Shown here in pieces: positions 38,330-50,898 of a stretch of DNA of 64,000 bases. Position numbers and translations under genes: made by a program. The DNA is from Raillietiella orientalis (Eukaryota). Each line of letters starts with the position of its first letter. Within the stretch, counting starts at the first letter, position 1. The stretch spans positions 3,658,001-3,722,000 of the forward strand of contig JAYWIR010000008.1 of assembly GCA_036172245.1 (NCBI GenBank), read 5' to 3'. The notes beneath the pieces are model-generated. The model worked only from the letters and a program-made list of their open reading frames with translations. It made no database searches and was not told where the DNA came from.

Positions 38330-41118
38330 TTGTGATGCTTGTTAAAAATATTTATTTAAATAGTGCATTTATTTTAGTGAACATAACAAATTTATAGAAG
38401 TTACCCAGTCTCACAAAGTATATTCATCGGGACAAATAGACTTAATTTCCATCCTATCCGTACATCCTTTGAACAACAGTTGTTACAGCCTATTTTATTA
38501 AAACAGCTAACCATCCATTTAGCGAGACAGAGTATGTGACGACCACCACCACACACCTTTCTGTCTTTCCCTTCGTCAGGTGTGTGCGTGCGTGCGCGCG
38601 CGCGTGTGCGTGTGTGTGTGTGTATCGCTTGGTCCTCCTCCCCCGCGAATCCGAGCTCTTCCATTCCTTTGAAGTTGGCGCGGACGGGAGGTGCGCCTCC
38701 TCCTCGAGCTTCGACGCACGAGGCTCCTCAGTCGAGCGCGCGTCCCTGGGGATGCACGGGGAAGAGGCATGCCCTCGACATCGCGGGGGGTGCTGAAGTC
38801 TTCCCGAGAGTCGGCGACGGAGGTAAAGTCCAAAAAGAAGGGAGAGAGAGAGAGAGAGAGAGAGAGATTCAGTGCACCGCATCCGCGGCAAGTGCCGGTT
38901 GCCGAACGGTGGTCGGCGTGAATCGCAAACCGGGGGACCCCGGGGTCCCGCTCTCTCCCGTGCAGCCATTCGAGAAAATTCCGAAAGTTCCGGGTCGGCG
39001 GTGCAGCGCAGGCAAGCTCACGTCGTGGGAGAGAGGGGAGTCGGACATCAGCGAAGAGCAAGTGTGCGCTTGAGGAAGAGGGGTGGTAGGTAGCAAAGTT
39101 GCTTGCGTGCTTGCTGAGGTCAGCAGGAGATCCGACCCTTTCGAACTCGCAAGGGCGCGCGTAGAAAGAGCTGCCTTGTCGTCGTCGTCGCCATCACGTA
39201 GAAGGGCGCAAGGCGGTGCCTTTTCGGACACGAGCGCTGCGACCTGACGCGAGTCCGACCCTCGAAGCTCTGGTCACTCAGACCGTACCTTCAGAGCGTT
39301 GTGTGCGTGCATAGATGGCAGCGTGATGCTCTCTTCCATCCTCGGTTCTTGCTGGATGGCCAATTCGGAGCGAACGCCTTTTGCGGACAGCAGCAAGCGC
39401 GTGTGGCACGGTGTCCGTTGGCAGGCACAGCAAACCGGTCGCCACGCTCGAGAACGGAGACGACCCGTGGTCGAAGGGGTCGCGCGGGGGGGGTTCGCTT
39501 CTGGTCGGTGCATTTTCCCATCCACAGGCCACCCTCGAAGACGCCGCTCGAGGCACTGGTCCACGAGCGGATGTATCCGCGGACACGCAAACCGAAGCAG
39601 GATGCACGCCTAGTGGTTTCGACGACTGCGTCACGAGGAGTGAATCAGACGAGCACGGTGGGTTTGCAGTCAGTGTGCCGAGCGGCCGACTTTCCGAGCA
39701 GTCTTCACGGAACAGCGAAAGGCGGTGCCTCTTAAACTTTCAAAACGAACGCATCTCTTGGGAGAGTGAAAACGGATCACCGCAGATACGATGACACAAA
39801 GCGGTTCTCAGGTGTCCTTTTGTGACATCAGCCAACACGTGTGCACCCCAAAGCAGGAGGGAGAAAAAAAAGAAAAGAAGCGTTGCTGTGTTTAACAAAG
39901 CCAAGATTCCTTCAGCGAGTGTATTTCTGTTGTCTTTTGAAGCCTAAAACGAGTTTGCTTCACTTGGTCTCGTTAAATATGCAGTGCGTTGAAATTTTCA
40001 ACCAATCCTTGGTTTCTTTCCTCTTCTAAAAAACGAAAACCGCTCATCTCTGACCAACTTGGAAATCCACTCTCTCCTTTACTATATACCTTTCCTCCTC
40101 CTCCCCCTCCCCCGCCTTCTTTTTTTCTTTCTTTTTTTCCTTCCTTCGAAGCCAATCTCCGAACGCCAGCAGTTGTGCTTTGTTTTTATTTTTATTTTTA
40201 TTTTTTTCGCTGCTCGAGCGAATTTTCGCGATTTTAGAATCCCAGAGCAAACGAATTGAACGAAAGTGTGGTGGGATCACTGAAGTGAAAGTGTTCCGAT
40301 GCATCCGTTCCGTGCCCACCTTATCGCTTTGAAGAAAGCAGCAAGGATAGCGGGGGGCTTCCGAAAAGCAAAAGATGCCGAATTCCGATCCCGATGTGTC
40401 GAAGTAAAGCCTTCTGAAGAAAGGAAGATGAAAGAAAGACAAAAGTGCGCGCGCACCTCATCGGCACACGGCACGGTCCGCGTGCTTCGTGCCTTCCGCG
40501 TAAACGCGAATTGGCCACGGCTTTGCGGTCGTGTGGCCACGGCAAGTTTTCCCACAGTCGGGAAGGGCTCTTTTCTGTCAGGAAGTGCGCACGGAGGCGG
40601 TGTGATGGCCACGATGAGGGAAGGGGAACGCTGGATTTAACCACCACCACCACGGTGTGGGAGGCGTGCTGGTTTTTTGCCTCCTGTGGTTCCCTCGTGC
40701 GCCGGCAGAAACAGCTTCCGGTTTGGAAAAACGGATGCTCATCTTCGGTGCGATCTCGCAGGCTTTCGTAGCCATCTGCATCCTGGAGGAGGGGGGGGGG
40801 GAACCAAAAACAGGAAACGCAGCGATCAGTATACTCACGGAAGGTCAGCGTGGGCGACGATGATTCCACAGTGGCAAACAGCTCTGGTTACCCGCGTCTC
40901 AAAAATGAAAATCTGGTTCCAGACGCGCCGTTATCCGACCGATTCCTCTCCCGTGTTCCCGGCCCTTCCTCCGACGGAGCAAAACGGCAGGGTGGAGTGC
41001 CTTCGCAACCGGGGATGGAGAGCGTCTACTCGCGTCGGATCCGGGCTCACCCTGCCGACGCCCCACATTCCAAAATGCCGGACGACGCCCCGCTGAGAAC
41101 CACCAGCTCGCAGCGTGG

Positions 41119-42183
41119 TTTTCGCCTGAGAGAAGCTCTCCTCCGAGCAGTTTCCGGCAGACCACGGAGGAGGGCAGGGGGCAGGTAACGTGGCAAGACG
41201 GGGGGCAGCGGAGACCGGTGGCACGCCACCGGTCTTCGCTGTGCGCACTGCCGACAGCGCCCCCCTTGCACGCTCTGCCGCGCGCGCGGCGGCGGGCTCG
41301 CGAGTTCGCTTCCCCTGCTGTGGCGACCACCCGAACGATCGCCACCGGGGCGGGAAACGGATGCCTTTCGGACCCTTTGGATCCCCGGCGAGGGATCTCC
41401 AGGACGTCTCTTTGCGTGGGGCGTCCCCCTTCTACCCGTTCACACGCCGGCGGCGGCCGTCCCGGACGCTCCGTTCTCGGGTCCTCCATTCTGTTCCCCC
41501 CGCCTTCTTCTTCGCGGGGAGGGAGGGTGCGGCAGCATCTGAGCGGGGAGTCGGATGAGGGCCGCGCACTCCCGGCCGCCGCAGAACCCGCAGGGGAGCT
41601 TCCGGCAGCCCCTCCGACGTTCCATCGTCCACGCAGAGCCGCCGCCTTCTTCTACCAGGGCGGCCAGGGACGAGCGGTCTCTCTCCACTTCCTCCCCCGA
41701 CTCTCTCTCGCCTTCGTCTCGCTCCGTGCCCGGTTGCTCCCAGTAACCGGCGAGTTTGGTCCGCCCTTTCCTCCCAGCTGAGGACCGCCGCTCGGGACGC
41801 CCTCCGCAGATGAGGGTGGGAGGGCGTTGGCCCGGCGGTGACACCGCCGGAACGCCCTTCCGGAGTGTGGGAAGCGCAGCAGCTCGCCGAGGGTAAGGAA
41901 TAGACACCCGACCACCTCCTCTCCCTCCTGCCCCCCCAAGAAGGGAAACGAGGGCGCGGCGGTAGCTGTTTCCCCCTCCCTCCGACACCCGCTTCTCCAC
42001 CGTCCGGAAACGGAGCCCGATCTGCCATTTCCTTCCCGCTCGCCCGCGACGGTCTAGAGATCGCTCCGGTCCTCGCATCCGCTCTAAGAGGGGGAAGGGA
42101 AGAGTGCTCTGCGCCCCCCACCCCCCTTTTTTCGCCTGAGAGAAGCTCTCCTCCGAGCAGTTTCCGGCAAACCACCGAGGAGG
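41119..42183 (+). repeat. 55-bp direct repeat pair (41119-41173 and 42129-42183)
   Basis: TTTTCGCCTGAGAGAAGCTCTCCTCCGAGCAGTTTCCGGCA... 53/55 identical, offset 1010 bp. Confidence 0.95.
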
Positions 42184-43487
42184 AAAGTGTCCGCTTCTCC
42201 TGCTTGTATCGACAGCCCCCAACCCCAAGTCGCCTCCGAGAAGTGGAGCTTCCATTCAAGATGGCGCCTTCCCGCCTTACGATCACGTGATATCTTCGAC
42301 GACCGGCACTCACCCGGAGGAAGGCTCGCTTCCCCGTCCTCTCGTTTCTCCTCCCAGAAAGGAACCGGGATGGGTGGGGACTGTGCAGGACCGCTCTGAA
42401 GACAAAAGGAAAGGGGAAGGGGCACGAAAAACTCCCGGGATAGTTGTCTTTCGCGTCACCTTGGTTGCCCAATCTTCCTTTCTCTTCGACTGCAGGCGGA
42501 AGGGGGTGAGGGACATACCTTGTCGTGGTATCGACGTTTCGTGGTATCCTCCCTAAGCTAAAAGGGCACTCCAGGCCCACGTGGCCTCAGGACGCCCTCC
42601 CGCCCGCTCCCCGAAGCGGTCGGCGAATCGGGGCGAACACGCTTGCACGTGGAGCCTGGGCGGCGCGAGTCGCCACGCGCGCTTTCCGTCCGTCCATCCG
42701 CATTTCTTTCTTTCCTTTTTTCGCACGGCGCGCCCCTCCGCTCGTTCACACGCCGGCGGCGGGGGCGAACGCGCCGTGCTGCACCGCGACGCTTGCCAAC
42801 GCCACGCGGCCTCGCTGCGAAACGCTTCCGCAGCGCCAGCGACCCGAAGCGGGAGTCCCAGGATAAAGGACAACCTGCTCGCGAGATCACGCGTGCGTGC
42901 CTCCTCGCTGAAGGGCGAAGCGGAAGACGTGCCTCCGCGGCGCCTTGCAAGGGGCGCCTGCGTCGGCCGAAAGGACCACGGTCTTCCTTCGTCGAGGGAA
43001 TCCCAGAAAAAAGTGGTAATCTCACTTGTCGACGGCGGCGCCGAAACGCAAAAAGTCCATTAGCACACGCGAGGCGAAGCGTTCTTTGCAACCACTATAG
43101 AGGACCGTGGACTACGAAACACACGTACTCCAGCGCGTCTCGCGCTTGGAAAAAGCACTTTGGAAGAGGCTGTGGGGTCCTAAGAGGGAAAAGGGGGAGC
43201 TCTTGCAGGGAGCTGCTGTCCGATCAACATCTCGGGTTTCCACAGTCGGGGAGAGTGCCCATTCTAATCTGTGTGGACAACTCAGAAATCGCATATTCAC
43301 GCGACACCTACTACTCTCTCCCCTCTGCGAGCTTTGCTGGTGAAACGCGAGCATCTTTGTACTCATTCTTCCTTTGGGATACCACGGGAGGTTGAAAATA
43401 CTCGGCTGCCATGTTGTGCCACTCGATTTTGGATTTTTTTTTCTTTTTCGACCAATGTGCGTACGATCGATATGAATTGTGATGGTG

Positions 43488-43525
<38 letters not shown>

Positions 43526-45369
43526 AAAGAAAGAAAGAAGAAGAAGAAATCCGAAAAAAAAAAAAAAAAAAATTTGAATTTTCACCATTCCTCAGCGCAT
43601 CCGCAAAAAGTTTCGTTCGTTAAAATGAAAAGTTTTGATTTCCAAGCTCACTGGGCGTGACGCATTTTCGATGGGGTGGGAACGCTGGCACCACTGCTCC
43701 ACTTTCCGGGCCCATTGTTGACAGCCAGCTCTTGGAGGTGGAGGCCAGCGATGGCTGCATTCGCCGCAGGAGGGAACCGCACAACTCAGCCAAGTACGGT
43801 ACGGTTAATACGGTTGATCTTGCACGTCGTTTCTGTATGGAGGTGCAATAAATCCACGCAGATCTCTGCGTGCACGCAACCGTCCAGTGCAAAAGAAAGG
43901 AAAGCGAAATAGACAACCAGGAATGCCAGGCTTCGTGGCTTGAGGTTTGGCGAAGCAGCAACTACAAAAGGCAAGGGGAAACTGGTGGATGAATTACAAA
44001 TGCCCAGATCCTGGAGGGGGGGGGGGAATGCATTTCGGCGTGAACAGGAAAGGTGGCTCCCCGAGTCAAGCCGGATTCCCTTTACCCCCCTCCCGTTACA
44101 GGAGCCCGGAAGAGACAGGCTGTGCTGCAACCTTCCAGGGGAAGCTTCGCAGCCGGGCGCCCTCCCTCGAAGGGCAGCCTCGTGCTTCGTTCCCTGGCGA
44201 AGGCAACTTGCCGCAGGAAAGTTTCCATAAAGTCGGCATCTGGAGAGAGGAGGGGTGGCGCAGGGTTGACCTCTGCACAGAACGGAGGATGCGGCGGCGG
44301 TGGTGGGCTTTGCGTCGCACTCACTGCAGCTGATCTCCTGCTTTCTTTTCAGCACGAAATTCGGTGAAGCACGCGCTCCTGCGTGAAGGAAGGGAGAGCC
44401 CCGAACGCGTGATTCATCCTCGCGGTGTCAACTGTGACTCCATTCCCGGAACGCAGTGGTGCACGCACCCTTCGCGTTCCCGGATTCGTCGGCTGCACTT
44501 CCGTGTGGATGAGGGGAATTCCCGGGTCGGGACCTTTGTTCGGGAAGAGAGGTCACTCATTTCTTGACAAGGGCCGAGCAAAGTCATGCGGCTGCTTCCA
44601 GGAAGGGGATGCTGACGTACCCGCCATCCGTGACACTGTTGTGGTGCTCGATTTGACCATCCCACCTTCCTTTCTGCGCGCTGGATCGGGAATTTTCGCG
44701 CCGAAATCTGAGCCTGCGTCCCAACGTCAACAACAGTGCCAGCGATTGCGGATGGGTCAACATTTCTGGAACCAGGGGACTCTCTCATTTCGTCTGGGCA
44801 GTACCGCTGCCCCAGAGGAACAAAGAAGCAAACAAGCAGGGTTTGCCCGTGTTCACGTGACACGTAGGAAATAATCATCAGCAGGCACACCCATTCCGAG
44901 CGCTCGGTCTGTCACGTCAAGGCAGGGGAGCGTTTGGTCCCCCATGAAGATGCGTACGTGGACGCTCGTTTGTGTACATTGCAAGTCGGGCATCTTCTTC
45001 GCGCGGACGTCCAGCGTGCAGAGTCCGCTGCGAGACGCTGCCCGGAAGCCATGCGCGAAAGCGGCGTCCGAGTGTACAAAGTTTCCTTTCGAAATTTAAG
45101 GCAAAAGAGGTGTGTCATCTGAAGGGACGGAATAGCTGTGCTTCCGCTTCCTGATGATCCGCCTCTTCGGAGCTAAGCGCTCATCTGAACACTCGCATCT
45201 CCATGAGTCTTGTGTTTCCACCCGGTCACACCCCGCCGTGTTTATTGTACAGAAATACGCGTTACAATTTGCAACGAAGCATTCGAAAAGTTCTGCCTTT
45301 CGCAGGGGCACTGCAATCCCACCGCGGAGATGAAATCCTGGAGGCACAGAATAAACAAAGATGCATACA

Positions 45370-45693
45370 CAGTGGTACCTCGGTACTCGACGGTGTCAGA
45401 AATCGTCAGACTCAGTACTCGTCGCATGCTGACGAGGAAAAAAAAATGTTTCGACACTCGGCGCGAGCTCGGAACTCGTGATGAAACGCACGCTTCAGTC
45501 TCGTGGCAGCTCGCGGACAGTGCCGAACACTTCCACAGAGTGCCTCCGGGATCGTTCCTTTTTGTGTGTGCTTCCTATAAAGTTTAAGCGTTAATCACGA
45601 GTCCGAAAAGGGTTAAAAATGACACCACGAAGCCTGGAAAGGAACCCGTTCGGTACTCGTCACGAATTACCGACGAGTGCCGAGGTACCAGCG
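45370..45693. mobile_element. Non-autonomous Tc1/mariner (pogo/Tigger-like) MITE, 324 bp
   Basis: Terminal inverted repeats: CAGTGGTACCTCGGTACTCGACGGT versus reverse-complemented right end CGCTGGTACCTCGGCACTCGTCGGT (21/25). CAGTGGTACCTCG-type termini are typical of Tigger-family MITEs. Internal ACTCG subrepeats are present. The TA target duplication is not preserved. Confidence 0.7.
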
Positions 45694-45793
45694 GTCTGCG
45701 ACGCAGGGCGATCTTCTTGGGAGTACCGGAAAAATACGGTGGAAACCCAACAGATTTTCCAGGAATCCTCCTTGAAGGTTCAGCATTTTCTAG

Positions 45794-46309
45794 GGCTGCC
45801 AATCCACCGGGAACTGCACGGGAACGATCTTTTGCACCACGTGCTGCAGTGCAAAGTGGACTCCAGGAGTCAGCCCTGAGGAGATAAGGAGGTCCTCTTG
45901 CTTTTGCTCATCGATCCAGGGCCGCAGCCTGCAAGGAGGAGGTGGTGGAGGGCACACAGCCTGCCCCTTACCCCGCCTCGGCCCGGAAGACCTGTTCAGG
46001 CGGCTCCTCCGCAGCGACGGTATCTCTCTAGAAGGAGGCTGGCACTCTGTTTGTGTGCTGCCTGCGCGCCACGGCAATATCCTGGCGCTCTCGGGAGGTA
46101 GCCCGAAGCGGGAGGTCGAAACCCTCCAGGCATGCAGAGGACTGCTGCGTACGGCGCTCGGGTGGGCACATCTGGAGAGGGAGGACCGCGAAGAGCTGGA
46201 AAGATACACCATTCGATTGTATCAGGCGCCAGAATCCCAGCCACAGCCCACTCTCCGCCCCGCCCGCATAGGCTTGCATGAACGCTTGGCTGGCTCTCCC
46301 TCCCGCTAG
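45794..46309 (+). CDS. Possible terminal exon of an unidentified gene (171 codons + stop)
   Basis: Open frame after acceptor-like CATTTTCTAG| ending ...RGLLRTALGWAHLEREDREELERYTIRLYQ...*, followed at once by a sharply AT-rich tract (46310-46360). No homology recognised. Confidence 0.3.
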   Translation, partial: GCQSTGNCTGTIFCTTCCSAKWTPGVSPEEIRRSSCFCSSIQGRSLQGGGGGGHTACPLPRLGPEDLFRRLLRSDGISLEGGWHSVCVLPARHGNILALSGGSPKREVETLQACRGLLRTALGWAHLEREDREELERYTIRLYQAPESQPQPTLRPARIGLHERLAGSPSR

Positions 46310-49240
46310 TATAAGGAAAACTTCATGTTTATTTATATATATATTTTTTAAATTATAAATGGACGTCCTGGAGCATCCTGGAGGGTATGAAACCGCACAA
46401 ACAGAAAACTGCCCAATGCGTTTGGAACAGATTGGGCGGCAGAGGAAGGGATCACGCAGAGGAATGACTCGCTGGCGTCCCTCAGCATCCTGTCTAGTAA
46501 GCCGGCAAGTTCCCTCTCCTTTTAGTGGGCTCAGGTGCGGTCATCTCAGCGCGATCCTGAGAAAGGGAAACACGGCCTTTTGTGACCTCAGTCATCGGGG
46601 CTTCTAGCCTCCACGACTTCACAAACGCAGCGCAAAGCTGCGATCGCTTCCGGGAGGGGAGAGAGGGAGGAATAGATCCATTTCAATGCAAATCCCTCTC
46701 CCCCCCCCCCTTCCGTTCCTAAAGGGTACGGAAGTGGATCTCCGATCCTTTCCCCTCCGGCATCGCTCCACGAGTGAAGAGGCGTTTGAATGCACCCTTC
46801 GGGTGGTCTGGGGAGTCCAGGAATGTGGGCGAATGTTCCCGTGCACACCAGAGAGAAGCACGTTCAAGCAACAGGTGCGGGGAAGGTTTCCCATGCACCG
46901 CACCTGGCACAGATGGGACCACACTTTCCCCTGGTTCAGTGGTGAAGGTGTGCCTTCGCACGGGATGGCCCAATGTCAGGAGTCGCAGAGTCGAGTCCTG
47001 CCATCTTCAGAGGAAGCGCGGAGCAGTCCAAGGACACCACGGAGATCACCAGCTCCGTTCAAGGGGACTTCCAAGAGATCTTCACAGAGGGGAAATCCTT
47101 TGGGGTGGTTGCCAGCTGACACGTCGTCCAGTATCCCACTCTCTTCTCCTCTCTCAGGCGGTCTTGCAGGTTCTGCTCACGAGACGGGTCAAACAACACG
47201 GGGGGTCCAAACGACCGAACGTGCGCGCAAGAGGTGGGCGACGAAACGGAATGAGTAAAATGCTTCCTCCCGGTGTCTCCCACTTCTTTTTCGTCAGCAA
47301 AGCGAATCAGTCAAGCGAAGCCGATCACAGTTGAAGTCTTCGGTACTTGCAGTCGCTGCATGGGGGCGCTTTTTTCTCTTTCCAGCTGCTCCGCCCGGGT
47401 CGGATGCGCCCATTCTGGGGCTGCCGTTTGTGTTCGTCAGGATAACATGAAAGCTGCGGCCACGGGCTATCCCCAACCTTCCCCGTGGCTGCTTCGGACG
47501 GCGTTTCGGCGCCGGGAGAGGGCGATGCATCGCGCGGTCTTTTCGTTTCAGGGAATACAACCGGGAGTCCAACTTGGGCTGACGAAAGGGGATGCAGTTC
47601 CGTCTTCCTATTCAAGAGTTCGCAGCATCTTCGCGGCTCGGCTAGGAAGGGGAAGTCTGCCGGGAAGGCAGGAGGTGCCAAAGCCTCCACGAAAGAGCTT
47701 TCCACGAAAATCACCTCGTCTCAGGAGACCACTGCTGGAAAGCGCATCCCCAAACCGGTTTCCCCCCCCGTCCCCCAGAAAAGAAATGGCGGAGGGAAAA
47801 ACTAGAATGAGGAGGGGTGGGGGGACTCCAAAGTCGTTTGGAGAAAACGTGGCAGCAGTCGGGCGAAACGCGAACGCTTGCGAAACGACCGTTTACGTGG
47901 AGGCGCGCCGACGTAAACAAAACCTACGATGACCTACACCTACGAGTGAGTGTCAAACGAAACGAAAGTCGCAGTAAGGATGTGAGTCTCCCACGAGTCG
48001 TTTGGAGGTCTGCAAAGGTTGCAACAATTTTATTTACAAGACTGAAAACAAATGAACAAACAGGCAAAAGAAAAGGAAGGTGGCAAAAGAAAACGGACGC
48101 TAATCGGACGACTTACTTTTCCCCCAAAAAAAACAAAAACAAAAACAAAATCCCACCTCAGGGGCTCCCCGAAAGGAATGATTTTCGAGCACCCCATTAG
48201 AAAACTTGCAGCACGCTCGAATCTTCGTCGAACATCCGAATTCGGGATGCCATCGTCGCCCTGAATCCTTCGCGGAAGGAATGGTGGCAAAGTTCTTTCA
48301 TCCGCCGGAAAGGCATGGGGGGTGTCGGCCGCCTCTGCTCGGCCATCACGCGTGAAGCCACGTGGGGACAGCGGTCGATGCTTCCGTCTGTGCAGGGTTG
48401 CCAGTGCAACGAACGAGGAGGACCTGTCGCTCAAGACTTCAACGGACGCGCGACACGGCAGCCGGAAGCACCGTTGGTCAGCATGCAGTATCGCGTTCGT
48501 TGAATGCAAGTCTGCGGAGGATGCTGGATGAAGTTTTTTTTAAATGCCCGCACCAAGACAGACAAGCGCGCACCGGGGGGGTGGGGGTGGGGGGATGGAA
48601 AGCAAAAACGAATATCCCCCGTGCCCACATCTTGCAAGACGTGAGAACTGAAGTGCTGCCAGGGATTGTCGATGCCCCTGTATCTTGAGGGCTGCGCGCA
48701 CGTGCCTCGTGGGCGTGCTCTGTAATGGAGGGTTAATTCCATGCTGAAGGAGATGACGTCTGCTTGAAGAAAGGAGTGACATGTTCGTGTTTGCTACGAG
48801 AACATGGAGTCGTGCCCGTGTAATGTTTGCCCGCGTGGAGCCTCTGGCCATTCCTTTTTCCTCTGTGTGAATTATTCTACCGAGTGTTGCATAGTGTTTT
48901 GCATTTGCATTTGGCGGGTGAGATGCACTACGCGAACCGGGCGTGCGACACACGCACGTTTCATCCTCGCTCCAGCACACGTGCGTGCGTGAGCACGCGC
49001 GGGAGGGCGGACCATCGTGGCCGGGACGCCGCGTGAGTCGAAGCCCAGCAGCGGAGGAGGTTCGCGGAAGAGCGCAGTCCTGCGCGCGGGGACCTACGGG
49101 GAGGAAACTCCTGCGCCTCGGGGCGGGAGGCGGCAAGAGGTTCCCACATTTTCTCTCGCGTCGCCTTTTTCCTCGTTCGTGCGTGCGACCAGCCCCGTCC
49201 TGTTCCCCCCTCCTCCTCGTTTCTCTCGGCGTTTCTCTTT

Positions 49241-50898
49241 CCTCAGCCTCGCTGTGGCAGTCGCAGGAACTTTGCGAGCTGCACGCCGTGGGCAGCGCGC
49301 CGCCTGCGATTCTTGCGACAGCAGTCTCCCCTCTCTGAACTGTCTCGCTCACGGCTCACTCGCTCGCACGTGCGTGCGTGCGAGCATTTTACTGTTTTCC
49401 CGCTTGCTGCCCTCCGCCTTTCGCACGGGAGCGATCCGTGCGGACGCCGCCGTGCCTGACGACGGGATCCTCTTCCCCACTCGCGACCAAGACGGCGGTG
49501 GCAGTCCCAGCTCTCCCGTGGCTGCTTCGGACGGCATCTCACGGCACCGGGAAATCGGCTGGAGCAGCGCGGGACCCGTCGTCACCCAAGACTGCCCGGG
49601 GCAGACCGGAGGGGGTGCCTTTTGTTCCCTCGATGGCTCCCCTCGGCGAGCGCATGGACCCTTCCGCCTGTGGTCGCTAATGGGGAGGACACCACGCTCC
49701 CCTCTCGCATCGCGGAGTGTAATGAGGTCCGCGGGAGACCGCCGCCGCTGCGGCGCGGAACGCCGGCGCCATCGTGAATGCGGCTGTCACGAGTACAAAG
49801 GCGCTGCGCCGCCGGCGACTGCCTCCCGAACGTCTCCGGAAATTCTCCCTTCTTCCCGGACCCGTCCTCTCCCTCCCTCCCCTCTTCCCTCTCCTTTGAC
49901 CCTTCTCCTCCCCTCTTCCTTCTCCGTTCGTTTCTTCCAGACCCCCCTCCCCTCTGCCTCCCCCGGGAGGTGAGAGGCTCCGGCGCGCGAGTCCCTTCCG
50001 TGTCCGGCGGGAGGCCCAGTGACGGTTCCGCCGCTCCCCTGATGGTCGGCATGGAGACCACCTGACCCCTTCCGGACTGGAGAGATCCCCAAAGCTCCCG
50101 TTCCTTCTTCCTTCCTCCCTCTCCAACCCATACCCCCTTTTCCTCGTTCTGCCCTCGTCCCCGACCCCTCCGGCTGGGTGTGCGCTCCTCTGCCGTCGAC
50201 ACGCCCCGCCGCAGGGAGGTGGCCCCGGAGGGTACAAGAAGCAGGGGAGCATCTGCCCTCCAGGTTCTCCCGCATCACTTCCCTGCGGCGGGGAAGCCGA
50301 CCAGGACACGGGAGAATCATCCTTTCTCCCCCCTCCCGTTGCCATGGGTACTGAAGTGAATCTGTGATCCTTACTCTCCATCTTCCTTCTCCCTTCACCC
50401 GCCTCCCCGGGCCAAACCTCTGGGAGAATGGCAGCTCCGGTTCTTTCCCCGGGAGCAGGGGGTTGCCGGGGTTCTCCCGACCTCTTCCTCCTCCGAGTCC
50501 AGGATTCTCGGCTAGAGCAAGAAAATGGGGTTGGGACCATCCACCTCCTTGCCTCCCTTCCCGTCCCGTCTCGTGTGGCCGCAGTGGATTCGGCCCTCAG
50601 GGAGTCGCTCAAGGGCGAGTAATACCTCCCTCGCCCGCCTTCCAGCGGAATGGATCGCGAGAAACTACCTCGTCTCCCCTCTTTTCCTCCTCCCCTCGAA
50701 CCCAAGAAGGGCAGGACGCCCTGGCTCTCGGTCGCCCCCAGGAAGCACCACGGGCGCGCTCCCTCTCGACCCCGGTCCACCCTCACAGCACCTCAGTCTC
50801 ACTGTGGCAGCCGCAGGAACTTTGCGAGCTGCACGCCGTGGGCAGCACGCCACCTACGATTCTTGCGACAGCAGTCTCCCCTCCGAATTGTCTCGCTC
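49241..50898 (+). repeat. ~110-bp direct repeat pair (49241-49350 and 50791-50898)
   Basis: First 93 nt differ at 6 positions, all transitions; offset 1550 bp. Confidence 0.95.

Noticed and set aside
43657..43851. LLEVEASDG cadherin-like motif
   Set aside because: No DRE, DxNDN or other cadherin motifs nearby.
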